From the NCBI GenBank assembly GCA_018668595.1, contig JABJCP010000043.1, forward strand, positions 36,490-100,489: a DNA stretch of 64,000 bases, given 5' to 3'. The notes below the pieces were generated by a model. It saw only the letters and a program-made list of their open reading frames with translations, was not told the DNA's origin and did no database searches. The DNA comes from Candidatus Woesearchaeota archaeon (GTDB lineage: Archaea; Nanobdellota; Nanobdellia; Woesearchaeales; UBA11576). Shown here in pieces: positions 1-10,278 of the stretch. Position 1 is the first letter of the stretch. Every line of letters starts with the position of its first letter. The position numbers were made by a program, and so were the translations under genes.

Positions 1-42
1 ATTTTAACCTCTTTTTTTGATTACCTCAAAATCCAATATAAA

Positions 43-711
43 TCAAGATTTCTTATTTTTACACATCGCAACAAGACTCCACGAATCAATTCTTCGTTTT
101 TTTGATTTAAAGGGATAACAAAAATGAGTATAAATAAATTTCTTAATTTGCAATCCATTTTTAACTAATAATTTATCTAAATCTTTAAATTTCATATTTA
201 CTACATGAGGATTTTCAAAACGAAATCTCACAATATTATATAAAAATTGAATAACTGTGCAATCTCCTCTAATACGTTCTTGAGGAATTGCTATAATTAT
301 TTCTCCATTTTTCTTTAATAGTTTTTTAATATTTTGCATAAATGCATTTCTATTTTTAATGTGTTCAAGAACGTGTGAAATGATTATTACATCAAATTTT
401 TTTGATTCGGAATTAAAAAATTTATTATTTATATCAAAAAAAGTAAAGTCTTTGTATTTTTTTCGTGCATACTTTAATGCAAAACGATTGATATCTGCAC
501 CGCAAAGATTAAAATTTTTTGAGGGGTGTTTGTTTTTTATCATATCAAGAAAATATCCTGTATTGCAACCATAATCTAATATTTTAATATTTTTCTTATT
601 TTTCAATAAATTACAAATGTGAATTAGTTCTGTTCTTCTATAATACATAATAGTTCTTGCTAAAAAGCCAGTAGTTCTTGTGATTAATGTATATGATAAC
701 CCATACTTCAT
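43..711 (-). CDS. Class I SAM-dependent methyltransferase
   Basis: ILDYGCNTG motif I, GADIN motif II, FDVIIISHVLEHI; GGAGG upstream of ATG. Confidence 0.9.
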   Translation of the reverse strand: MKYGLSYTLITRTTGFLARTIMYYRRTELIHICNLLKNKKNIKILDYGCNTGYFLDMIKNKHPSKNFNLCGADINRFALKYARKKYKDFTFFDINNKFFNSESKKFDVIIISHVLEHIKNRNAFMQNIKKLLKKNGEIIIAIPQERIRGDCTVIQFLYNIVRFRFENPHVVNMKFKDLDKLLVKNGLQIKKFIYTHFCYPFKSKKRRIDSWSLVAMCKNKKS

Positions 712-971
712 TATTATCTCCTCCTATGATAACATAATAAAAAATAAGCAATTGCTAAATCAACCAAGATTAAAACCAAAATTAAATGAATTATTAACCT
801 AACTTTTAATTTTTTATTATATGAAACGCATTAATTTATTTGGAATTTATAAATTTAACTAAAAATAAAAAATATCTTTAATTAACACTAAAAAAACACA
901 AAATAGCCTCAAATAAACTAAATATTCCAATTTAACAATATTTATTAATAAACCCCTCAACTTATTGAAAT

Positions 972-1670
972 ATGTTAAAGAAGGGCGTTTTTGCGGATTT
1001 TGATGGTACTTTAAGTTCTGGTTATTTATCGATGGCATTTTTAGAGGAATTAATAGAACAAAAGTTATTTCATAAATCTAATTATAATAATCAAAAAATT
1101 ATTTATAAGGAATATACTGTAGGAAACATGTCCTATGATAGGTGGATTGAATCCTGGGCTTATGAGTGGGCTGCAGGACTTAATGGGTTTGATGAATCTG
1201 ATCTTATGAGAGTTGCCAAAAAGGTTGTTGATAATCGAAAACAACACATTAATCCTAGTTCTTATGATATTATGGATTATTTGAAAGATAAAAAACATCA
1301 TCTTGTGTTAGTTAGTGTTGGTTGTCAAGAGGTTATGTATTTTGCTGCAAAAGAACTTAATATGGATGGTATTATTGCAACTAGGTGCGAAACTAAAGAT
1401 GGAGTTTATACAGGTAGGTTATTAACTGACTTACACACAAATAATGGTAAAGGAGACGCAGTAAGAATCTATGCAAAAAATTTTGGCATTAATCTATCTA
1501 AGTCGATTGGATTGGGAGATTCAAAACATGATATTAGCATGCTTCTTAGCACTGGAACTCCTATTGCATTAAATGCTAAAGATACTTTGAAAAGAATGGC
1601 GGAAAGATATGATTGGCACATTAGAGACTCAGAAAATATTTCTAAGTATATTAGAGAATTAGTTAAATAA
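972..1670 (+). CDS. HAD-IB family phosphatase (SerB-like)
   Basis: DFDGTL motif I, LVS motif II, K motif III, GDSKHD motif IV. Confidence 0.88.
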   Translation: MLKKGVFADFDGTLSSGYLSMAFLEELIEQKLFHKSNYNNQKIIYKEYTVGNMSYDRWIESWAYEWAAGLNGFDESDLMRVAKKVVDNRKQHINPSSYDIMDYLKDKKHHLVLVSVGCQEVMYFAAKELNMDGIIATRCETKDGVYTGRLLTDLHTNNGKGDAVRIYAKNFGINLSKSIGLGDSKHDISMLLSTGTPIALNAKDTLKRMAERYDWHIRDSENISKYIRELVK

Positions 1671-1774
1671 TAAAATAATTAAATATATAATTAAAGAAAA
1701 TTAAATAGATAACTAGAATATCAATAAAAAAAAATTTGAAGTTAAAAGAAAAAAATTAAATTTCCTACTTTAAT

Positions 1775-2518
1775 TTACTCATTCTCAACTCGTGGAGCTA
1801 AGATAAAACTTATAAATATTTTATCAATACTTACATAGTCAAGTTTTAGAGGATAATCTTTATTAAATCGAATAGTTACTGTATCTGCAACCTTTGATGC
1901 ACTTATCATTTTTTTCAAATACTCAATAGAATATTTTGCCTTAACTTTTGCATCACCTTCAACATTAACTTTTGTACTTTCATCTTGAGGAATTTCGATT
2001 TTTGCTTTACTCAAATCTCCTTCTGCTTGAACAGTATAAAGTCCTGTTTCTGCCATAAAACTTACACTTTCTCCCACTACATCCACATCTTCAATTGCAT
2101 CATTAAGTATATTTGTGTTTGTAACAATCTCAACTGGGAAATTTAGTTCAGGAACTCTTTGTTCTTTTTCATCAATATCAATTATTGGTAAGTAGAATGT
2201 TCTTGTGCTTTTTCCTTTTAGAGTTATTTTTAATTTATTTTCTTCTAATTCTAGGGTTAGTGTATCTGTGCTTTTTGCACGTCTAAGAATTTGTTTTAAA
2301 TTATTAAGATTAATTGCAATATCTGTTTCTTGTCCTACATCATATTCTACAAATGCACTACTTAGTAATTTGAATATTACCATTGCTACATTTGCAGGAT
2401 CCATAGCAACTAGTTCTATTGAATTTGGTGTGAATTTAAATGATGCTTCATTTACTAGTTCAGAAATAATTGTAACACTGTCTTTTAAATAATTTGGATC
2501 AGCTAAAGTTAATTTCAT
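1775..2518 (-). CDS. pcn: PCNA sliding clamp
   Basis: AMDPANVAMV, KYSIEYLKKM, DYPL, FILAPRVE; 247 aa. Confidence 0.97.
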   Translation of the reverse strand: MKLTLADPNYLKDSVTIISELVNEASFKFTPNSIELVAMDPANVAMVIFKLLSSAFVEYDVGQETDIAINLNNLKQILRRAKSTDTLTLELEENKLKITLKGKSTRTFYLPIIDIDEKEQRVPELNFPVEIVTNTNILNDAIEDVDVVGESVSFMAETGLYTVQAEGDLSKAKIEIPQDESTKVNVEGDAKVKAKYSIEYLKKMISASKVADTVTIRFNKDYPLKLDYVSIDKIFISFILAPRVENE

Positions 2519-2784
2519 TTTTAAAAAACCCCCATTTTAAAGTAATTATTTTAAATTAATTTTTAAGTGAGTACTATTAAATTATATTCCTTTAAAAATA
2601 CTATAAGAATAGAAATATCACACGTATTTAAATCTTTTGACTAATTAAGTACCAATTAAATAATCGTTTAGTCACTAAAACAGCACAATATATGCTCATA
2701 CTGGATCCTAGAAAAACTTATAAAAAAACATCTAGATATTAAAAAATTGATATAAAATTAAGTTTTAATGGGGGTTAGATTTAA

Positions 2785-4440
2785 ATGAAATTAATTAGTG
2801 TTAAAAATGCAGAAGAAATTGCAGAAGATGGTTGTTCTACTTCAGGATACGAAACAGCTTATGGAGATTATATAAGATTATTTCCACCAGGCAGTCCAAG
2901 AGGAACATTTAATCACATATCAACAGAGGAATTTATTCACAAAACAGTTCCTTTATTTCTAGATGTTCCTTATACTGATATTAATTTCAAGAAAATAAAG
3001 GCAGGAAATCTTAAAAGTAAAATAATAAAATCTGCTGAGAAAAAATTTAAGTGCAAAGATCCATTTGGTGATAATGGAGGACATGAACAATACGAACACG
3101 AAGATTTCTTAACAGAAGGATTAAGAGTAGTTAGAAAATATTTACTTGATCTGGAATTAGATAAAGAAGATATTTTAAACAAATTAATAAGAAACTCCTT
3201 TTCAAATACTGAAGAAATAAATTCAATTGAGAAAACATTTATGGATATGATTGAAAAAGATCTTTTCAAAGTAGACCGTACATGCCACAGTTATGAAACA
3301 TCTGATTCTGTAAACACATCTTGTACTAAAGTCTTGAATTCTCTTGATGAATTTGTTAAAAAATTTATTAAATCAAATAATAATCAATTTGCATTCAAAG
3401 ATTTGCTTTTTAATCAGTTTATTCCTTCTTTTTCAGAATATGGTTCTGTAGCAAGGGGAAATAAAAGCTTAAATCAAATTGCAAATGAAAATGGTTTAGA
3501 TAAATTTGATATAAATAGAACAGAATTTTTTGGTAAAATTTTCTCATCAATTTTAACTACAAATTACACTGAAGAATTAAATCAAAATTTTGAATCTAAA
3601 TTTTCTGAATGGGTAAGAGGTCAATATGGTTTTTGTATCAAAGTCGATGAGCAAGACTACAATCCTGAAAAAATATCTAATTTTGTTATAAACACAAGTG
3701 AAGAAGATATTGAAAAATTAAAAGCAGAAATTGGTAAAGGGTATTTATTTCGCGGAAATATTCAATGGTCCAGTATTATTAGATTTAAAGATGTTCTTAC
3801 TCACGAAACAGTTAGCGACGAAAGGAAAAATAATTTCATAAAAGAAATAGAACGTCCACTAAAATTATTAGAATTGAATCTTATTTTTAGAGATCTTACA
3901 AAAATGTTTAAAGAAGAAAAAAATCCTTTTAAAAAAATTGAAATCTCAAAAAGAAATACAACTGATAAAAATTATATTGAAAACCGCATAATATCAATTG
4001 AACAAGCAGCAGAGTTAAGTTTTGAAGCGCTACTTGAACTAAGACATACTAGAAATTTTGGAATTGGCAATAACCTAATCAATAGAGAACATCCTGGTGC
4101 TTTAGATATTTGTCTAAATTGTTTCGATAGAGTAATGCAAGAATACACTGATTTATATAATGAAAATTCTCAAACCAGTCATTGTACTGCTAAGACGCAC
4201 AACATTGCAAAAATTGTAACATCTCGTGAAAAAATACGCGCTAAGCATATGATTCTTATTGCAAGCGATTTACTTGCAAAAAACAGAAATCAAGAAAATT
4301 TATATTCATCAAAAGAAGCATACACTATTTTATTAGAACAACAAAAAGAAATGAGTTCTTTATCTGGTTCTGTTGAGTATGTAAAAAAATTGACAAAATT
4401 AGTTAGTAAAATTGAAAAAAAGTATTTGAATAAAAGATAA
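2785..4440 (+). CDS. Hypothetical protein, 551 aa
   Basis: Long ORF with GGGGG SD-like run upstream; no motif recognised. Confidence 0.7.
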   Translation: MKLISVKNAEEIAEDGCSTSGYETAYGDYIRLFPPGSPRGTFNHISTEEFIHKTVPLFLDVPYTDINFKKIKAGNLKSKIIKSAEKKFKCKDPFGDNGGHEQYEHEDFLTEGLRVVRKYLLDLELDKEDILNKLIRNSFSNTEEINSIEKTFMDMIEKDLFKVDRTCHSYETSDSVNTSCTKVLNSLDEFVKKFIKSNNNQFAFKDLLFNQFIPSFSEYGSVARGNKSLNQIANENGLDKFDINRTEFFGKIFSSILTTNYTEELNQNFESKFSEWVRGQYGFCIKVDEQDYNPEKISNFVINTSEEDIEKLKAEIGKGYLFRGNIQWSSIIRFKDVLTHETVSDERKNNFIKEIERPLKLLELNLIFRDLTKMFKEEKNPFKKIEISKRNTTDKNYIENRIISIEQAAELSFEALLELRHTRNFGIGNNLINREHPGALDICLNCFDRVMQEYTDLYNENSQTSHCTAKTHNIAKIVTSREKIRAKHMILIASDLLAKNRNQENLYSSKEAYTILLEQQKEMSSLSGSVEYVKKLTKLVSKIEKKYLNKR

Positions 4441-4496
4441 AAATTCAAATAACTGCATTAATCGATTATACATCTTAGACAATTCAGAATGAAATT

Positions 4497-4943
4497 ATGA
4501 AAAAAACATATTTATTATTAACAAGTGCATCATTAATTCTATGTATCATTCTAGTTGGCTGCTCAAAAATCCCTCAAGAATATTATGATGATTGGGAATA
4601 TTGTCAACAAGATAGTGATTGTATTAGCTATGATGGACGCTGCAGTATTGTAACTAAAAATATGGTAACCGATTGGGGAGATTATTTTGGCCCTCCTTGT
4701 AGATTTAATCCAGTCTATACAAATTATTTTGAAGTAAAGTGTATTAACAATGGATGCGAAGTTATACCTATTTGTGAAACTTTTTGTCCTTTTGCAAATA
4801 ATGAAAGAAGTGAATTTATAGAAGTTACAAATGATTGTACCCAACCTTGCTCAGAAAAAATCGATAACCCTATGGAATCCTCTTCTTGTTCACAGACTTG
4901 CGATGTTTTCAAAGAGTGCAATTCTTGCAGGGTATTGAATTAA
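4497..4943 (+). CDS. Cys-rich putative lipoprotein
   Basis: MKK + hydrophobic stretch + LVGC lipobox; CQQDSDC and many further Cys. Confidence 0.75.
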   Translation: MKKTYLLLTSASLILCIILVGCSKIPQEYYDDWEYCQQDSDCISYDGRCSIVTKNMVTDWGDYFGPPCRFNPVYTNYFEVKCINNGCEVIPICETFCPFANNERSEFIEVTNDCTQPCSEKIDNPMESSSCSQTCDVFKECNSCRVLN

Positions 4944-4961
4944 AATAAAAAAAACCAATAA

Positions 4962-5354
4962 TTAATACAGCTTAGACAATTCAATAACTTTCTTATCTAT
5001 TTGTTTAACAAGTCCTTTCAAATCAGTTTGATCTGCTTTGTAAGTAAAATGAAAAAACTCTCTATCTTCCCAGTATATATCTTCAAATCCTTCCATCTCT
5101 GCCAATTTTTCATCCAAGTCTCTCGCTACAGCGTCAGATTTAAAATCTCCTAAATATCCATCTCGGAATTCTACATAAAGAACCCTTTTGCCTTCATCAA
5201 AATCTTCTTCAGAAACATATGCACTACTTACAAACTCATATCCTTTTGCTTCAGATACGTGTCCACTATTAACTAAATAACAATCCCCCTCTTCATCAAA
5301 TACAAAGTCATTTTTATCCATTTTAACATACCTCAAATGGCAATAATCATGCAT
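4962..5354 (-). CDS. Small acidic hypothetical protein (start may be the internal Met of MDKNDF)
   Basis: D/E-rich ORF; GAGGT precedes the internal ATG. Confidence 0.65.
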   Translation of the reverse strand: MHDYCHLRYVKMDKNDFVFDEEGDCYLVNSGHVSEAKGYEFVSSAYVSEEDFDEGKRVLYVEFRDGYLGDFKSDAVARDLDEKLAEMEGFEDIYWEDREFFHFTYKADQTDLKGLVKQIDKKVIELSKLY

Positions 5355-5481
5355 AAATTATAAACTTTTCTAATATTCACTACTAAAAAGGACTAAACAA
5401 CCAAAAAACTTATAAAAGAAACATCCATTTCTAACATAAATAACAATTAATATAATCCATTAATCAATCAGAGGCGCTAAA

Positions 5482-6474
5482 ATGAACAAACAAAACACAA
5501 CAGCAATCATTCTAAATCCAGCAGCTAGAGATTGGAAAGCTAAAAAAAACTGGCCATTTATTGAAAAGACTCTTAGACAACACAATATTAATTTCGAAAA
5601 ATTTGATACTGTTGCAGACAACAAAGAAACAGTAGAAACAGTTAGTCAAATCACAGAACAGGGTTATGGTAGAATTGTAGCAGTTGGTGGTGATGGAACT
5701 CAAAATCTAATAATCAACGGAATTATGAAAGCAGACTTAGCACCAGAGCAACGTCCTGAATATGCTTTATTTCCTTGCGGTACTGCAAATGATATTGGCG
5801 GTTCATTTGATATTCGTATGCCCAAATTTAGCAAAAAAGAAATTGTTGAATGTATACAAACTCTAACAAGAGGAACTTTGTACAATCTAGATCTGGGATT
5901 AATTAACAATCAAACTTATTTTGCAGATTCTTTTGGAATTGGATTTGATGCTTCAGTTCTTGAACACAGAAACAGAACCAGAAAAGAAAGAATGATATTT
6001 CGACAAGGAAAACAAAGTTATGCTCCAAGTATTGTAAATGAACTTGCAGGAAATTACACAAGACCAAAAGCAGAACTTATTATTGGTGGGAAAAAAACTA
6101 AAACAAAAATTTTTAATCTTGTAATAAATAATGTTCAAATTTATGCAGGAAGATTTATTCTTCATCCAGATATTCGTGCAAATGATGGATTATTAGATCT
6201 TAATAATTATAGAAATAACCAAGCATATTTATCTGAAATGGGAACTCAAGGTATTGAAGGCATATTAGAACTTATTGATCCAACAAAACTGACAAAAAAA
6301 GCAGTAAGAATGGCAATAGAAAATAGCAGACATTATCAAGCAAAAACAATCGACATATCGCTTAGCAAACCAACAACAACTCAAGTCGACGGAGAAGAAT
6401 ACGAAATTGGTGATGAGTTCAAAGTTGAATGTGTAAAGCATGCATTAAAGTTAGTAATAAATTATGAGAGATAA
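5482..6474 (+). CDS. Diacylglycerol/lipid kinase family protein (YegS/DgkB-like)
   Basis: ILNPAA, AVGGDGT, PCGTANDI, GIGFDA, QVDGE motifs. Confidence 0.92.
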   Translation: MNKQNTTAIILNPAARDWKAKKNWPFIEKTLRQHNINFEKFDTVADNKETVETVSQITEQGYGRIVAVGGDGTQNLIINGIMKADLAPEQRPEYALFPCGTANDIGGSFDIRMPKFSKKEIVECIQTLTRGTLYNLDLGLINNQTYFADSFGIGFDASVLEHRNRTRKERMIFRQGKQSYAPSIVNELAGNYTRPKAELIIGGKKTKTKIFNLVINNVQIYAGRFILHPDIRANDGLLDLNNYRNNQAYLSEMGTQGIEGILELIDPTKLTKKAVRMAIENSRHYQAKTIDISLSKPTTTQVDGEEYEIGDEFKVECVKHALKLVINYER

Positions 6475-6517
6475 AAAAAATAATAACTGTGACTACCACA
6501 TTATAATCATCGACTAA

Positions 6518-6781
6518 TTAATAATCATATCTATCTCTATATTTCTCTATTTCCTCAACTCGACTCGCTACACTGGAAGATAATTTCGAAGTAACATTTA
6601 TTTTACTGCCACAAACACAACTAACAAAATAATAATCACATCCTTCTAATTCCCAACATCCTCGAGGACCATCATGCTCTTTACTAATATCATATGCAGA
6701 AAATTTAATTGTACTTCCACAATCTAAACAATCTACTAAATTTCTAGTTCCTTTATTAATTAATTCAACCAATCTAAACAA
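6518..6781 (-). CDS. Small zinc-ribbon protein
   Basis: CLDCG and CVCG Cys pairs; TTG start uncertain. Confidence 0.6.
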   Translation of the reverse strand: MFRLVELINKGTRNLVDCLDCGSTIKFSAYDISKEHDGPRGCWELEGCDYYFVSCVCGSKINVTSKLSSSVASRVEEIEKYRDRYDY

Positions 6782-6805
6782 CCGCTCTAAACTACCTTAT
6801 TTCTT

Positions 6806-7807
6806 TCATAATACCTTATTTTTTTCATATTTCCAATATTTATTTTCTGTAAGCATCACACCCATCGCATTATTAACATACAAATCTTCTTTACTAAGAT
6901 AACAATCATCAACTTTATTCAAAACATTTACAAAATTTTTAATAACTTCATAACCGCGATTCTCATAATCTGTCCGCCCTACATTCAAACATTTTTTTGA
7001 ATCAGAACCTTCATGGTTATTTATTTCAACTCTGCCTAAATTATCTAATTTTAAATCCCCTCGTTCAAAACGCAGGTAAAGAAACTCAGAATATATTCTT
7101 GACTGCAACTTACGAGTTCCACTAAAACTAAACTTAATTCCATCATCTCGAGCACCAAAAACAGAATATGCATCAAATTTATCTTGTAATCGCCAAGACT
7201 CAAAACTATCTACTCCAAATAAATAATGCAATAAATCAATTTCGTGATTTAAATGATCTAAAAGCAATCCCCTGTTCTGCTTCCATTTTTTTAAGGGTTT
7301 ATGATATGAAAAATCAAATTTAAATTCTACAACCTTACCCAACTCAGTAACCAAATTATCTAAATTCTCTTTTAACCAAACATAACCAGGATCAAATCTT
7401 CTCGGATGACAACTACTAATCAACTGATCCGATTTAACAACCGACTGATCTGATTTAAGCAATTCCCACAATCCTTTCAACTCAACAGAGTTTACTACAA
7501 GTGGCTTTTCCACAAACGCAGGCAATCCAAAATCCATAATAGACTTTAAATCAGAAAAATGATATTTATCAGGAGTTCCAACCAATACAAACTCAATGCC
7601 ACTTCTAAAAAATTCTGCCCTATTCAAATACTGCTTCAAATTAGATCCATATTCTAATTCAAACTGTTTCATTCGATCAGAACTTATATCACAAATCGAA
7701 ACCAACTCTAATTCTTTTGCAAAAAATTTCTTACAAGGAATTGCATGCGAATAAAATGCATGATTTCCACATCCTAATATTCCATATTTAACTGTTTTGC
7801 CAATCAT
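6806..7807 (-). CDS. Gfo/Idh/MocA family NAD(P)-dependent oxidoreductase
   Basis: YGILGCG Rossmann motif, TPDKYH, FVEKP, RRFDP, DHLNHEID. Confidence 0.92.
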   Translation of the reverse strand: MIGKTVKYGILGCGNHAFYSHAIPCKKFFAKELELVSICDISSDRMKQFELEYGSNLKQYLNRAEFFRSGIEFVLVGTPDKYHFSDLKSIMDFGLPAFVEKPLVVNSVELKGLWELLKSDQSVVKSDQLISSCHPRRFDPGYVWLKENLDNLVTELGKVVEFKFDFSYHKPLKKWKQNRGLLLDHLNHEIDLLHYLFGVDSFESWRLQDKFDAYSVFGARDDGIKFSFSGTRKLQSRIYSEFLYLRFERGDLKLDNLGRVEINNHEGSDSKKCLNVGRTDYENRGYEVIKNFVNVLNKVDDCYLSKEDLYVNNAMGVMLTENKYWKYEKNKVL

Positions 7808-7912
7808 AATAACAAATCAAAAAACTACAACTTATATAGAACTATTTAGAAAAATATACTTCAAAATTAGAAAAGTTTATATAAAAAATAGAATTATGAA
7901 AGAAATAATAAA

Positions 7913-8854
7913 ATGACTCAAATAATAACACTTGATAAAATCGATACAAAAATCCTAAACGAATTAGAATTAGATAGTAGACAAAGCAATTCTAACATTG
8001 CAAAGAAACTTAAAACAAATAAAGCAATAGTTAACTACCGAATAGATCGTTTAGAAAAAAGAAATATAATAACCAAATACCAATTCATTTCTGATCAAAC
8101 TCTGTTGAACGAAAAATCATTCGGACTTCTTATACAATTTGAAAAAATGAACTTAACTCAAGAAACAAAAATGATAAAGAACATTGAAAAAATAAAAAAG
8201 ATTGCTTGGGTTAAATCAATAATTGGAACCTATGATCTTATTATAGTTATAATCGCAAAAAATATTGATGAATTTAATAAAACATTAGAAAAAATATTTG
8301 AAAAAACAGATAATAAAATTAGCAAATATGATTTCTATATTGATTATGAAGGAGAAATATTTAATCATAATTATTTGTATCCAGATTATAAAATTAAAGA
8401 GAAAATAGTAAAATATGGTTCAAAAAAAATAATCGAACTAAAAAACGTAGAACTTGATGTTTTAAGTGAATTAAAAAAAAATCCAAAAGCTTCAATTTTA
8501 GAAATTACGAGTAAATTGAATAAAACATACGATACAGTCAAAGCAAAGTATAATTTTCTAAAAGAACAAAATATATTACTAAAATGCTCGCCTAAAATAA
8601 ACATAGAATTACTAGGTTACACTAACTGGTTTTGTCTTTTCAATATTAAGCCAAACAAAAGTGCAGAAGAAGAATTCATAAATTTTTGCAATAACAACAA
8701 TAACATAGTCAGATACTCAAAATGCCTCGGACAGTTTAATATAATAATAAACATTCACGCAAAAAACTCTGAAGAGCTAAAAAAAATAAATTATGAATTA
8801 AGATCTAAATTTTCTAATAGTATTAATGCATATGAACTTATACAATTAAGTTAA
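7913..8854 (+). CDS. Tandem (double) Lrp/AsnC transcriptional regulator
   Basis: Two wHTH + RAM units (LDKIDTKILNEL..DSR; ELDVLSELKKNPKAS); divergent from the oxidoreductase. Confidence 0.9.
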   Translation: MTQIITLDKIDTKILNELELDSRQSNSNIAKKLKTNKAIVNYRIDRLEKRNIITKYQFISDQTLLNEKSFGLLIQFEKMNLTQETKMIKNIEKIKKIAWVKSIIGTYDLIIVIIAKNIDEFNKTLEKIFEKTDNKISKYDFYIDYEGEIFNHNYLYPDYKIKEKIVKYGSKKIIELKNVELDVLSELKKNPKASILEITSKLNKTYDTVKAKYNFLKEQNILLKCSPKINIELLGYTNWFCLFNIKPNKSAEEEFINFCNNNNNIVRYSKCLGQFNIIINIHAKNSEELKKINYELRSKFSNSINAYELIQLS

Positions 8855-8910
8855 AACTAATATACGATTGAGTTAAACCAAATATACTATTAAGTTAAAC
8901 CAGAATTAGC

Positions 8911-9348
8911 TCAATCAAAATAATCTTCATAACTAAACCCAGACCCTCCCCTGCCAAATTTTCTTCCCTCATAAGGACAGGATCCTTTATCTTCAATTAA
9001 ATTTCCATCTAAAAATTCCCTATACTTTGCAACAAGAGAACAGCAATCACTACAGCGTCTAAAATCAGTCCCGATTTCAACTTCATATTCTCGATCATTA
9101 ATTTTTACAAGTTTAGATGGAACACTGCTATTTTGACTAAATAGTTTGTGAATGTTTTCAACAAATCTAAAATCAGTTATTGCTTGAGAAATAGAAATAT
9201 TCAGTTTACATTTTTTTGGTGCTTTAACAGACACAACTTCCTTAAGAACTTTAATACATCTTTGAGCTTCCAACCTATTTCTATTCTGTGAATTCTTTTT
9301 AGCAACATTGTCAGGTAATTTTATACTTCCGTCAGGATTAAATTCCAT
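8911..9348 (-). CDS. Hypothetical protein with Cys cluster
   Basis: GGAG SD; CSDCC and CP motifs. Confidence 0.7.
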   Translation of the reverse strand: MEFNPDGSIKLPDNVAKKNSQNRNRLEAQRCIKVLKEVVSVKAPKKCKLNISISQAITDFRFVENIHKLFSQNSSVPSKLVKINDREYEVEIGTDFRRCSDCCSLVAKYREFLDGNLIEDKGSCPYEGRKFGRGGSGFSYEDYFD

Positions 9349-9402
9349 ATTAAAACATCTCCGTAATAAACTCTTTAGTTATACAATTAATATTAAACAA
9401 AA

Positions 9403-10197
9403 TCAAAGGTTAATTATTTTATGACCTGCAACTCCTAAATTATAAACAGTTGTCACACCAATTTTCTTCATTCCTTTACCTTCATGTATATGTCCACAAA
9501 ATACATATTTTGGTTTATACTTTTTAACATATCTCAACACAGTTTTGCTTCCTGCATTTTTTCCTTGCCATTGTTTTGGCGCGAATTTTGCATTAACTTT
9601 ATCTAAAAATCCATATGGTGGTTGATGACATACCAATATATCCAATTTTCCAAACCAATTCAAAACTTTTTTTGCTTTACTTGCTTGTTTTTTTGCCTCA
9701 ACTAACATCAGCCCATAATCAGATGGTTTAAATTCTTGCACCCAGTTAGTATCTAAAAAATATTTAAGTCCTCCAATTCGAACTCCATTAAAATTAACAA
9801 TGCGATTGTTTATTACTCTAACATTTGAAAATGCATTAATGTCCTTTGATAAAAAAGGCAAATCCAAACCCATAATTTTAGATTTTCTTCTAGTACTGCT
9901 ATTTGACGATTCGACATTTCCAAATATTGTGTACACAGGAGCAAATTTCTTAAGGTATTTTACAACGCGCATTGATGAATTGTATGCTTCAAGAAATGCT
10001 TTTTTCCGTATAGAATTCGAATATTTTTTTACAGAAAGCCCTTTCTTTTTACGTTCAACATTTTCAAAGGAAATTTTACGAGCTATATTAGCGCTACCTA
10101 AATCACCAGTCAACAAAATTAAATCTACTTTAGACAAATTGATTTTTTTGATTTTATCCAAGCATCCATGAGGATCACCTATGACACAAATTTTCAT
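9403..10197 (-). CDS. Calcineurin-like metallophosphoesterase (Icc-related)
   Basis: GDPHG, TGDL, GNVE, HQPPYG, GHIHE. Confidence 0.92.
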   Translation of the reverse strand: MKICVIGDPHGCLDKIKKINLSKVDLILLTGDLGSANIARKISFENVERKKKGLSVKKYSNSIRKKAFLEAYNSSMRVVKYLKKFAPVYTIFGNVESSNSSTRRKSKIMGLDLPFLSKDINAFSNVRVINNRIVNFNGVRIGGLKYFLDTNWVQEFKPSDYGLMLVEAKKQASKAKKVLNWFGKLDILVCHQPPYGFLDKVNAKFAPKQWQGKNAGSKTVLRYVKKYKPKYVFCGHIHEGKGMKKIGVTTVYNLGVAGHKIINL

Positions 10198-10278
10198 AAA
10201 ATCTTAAAACAGAAGTTTATATATAAATTTACTCATTTAAGCAACACAAACAAATAACATAAAAAACAAAAAAAGTAA

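Noticed and set aside
712-835. Hydrophobic open frame upstream of the methyltransferase (..LILVLILVDLAIAYFLLCYHRRR)
   Set aside because: No convincing start or SD; T-rich sequence gives hydrophobic translations by chance.
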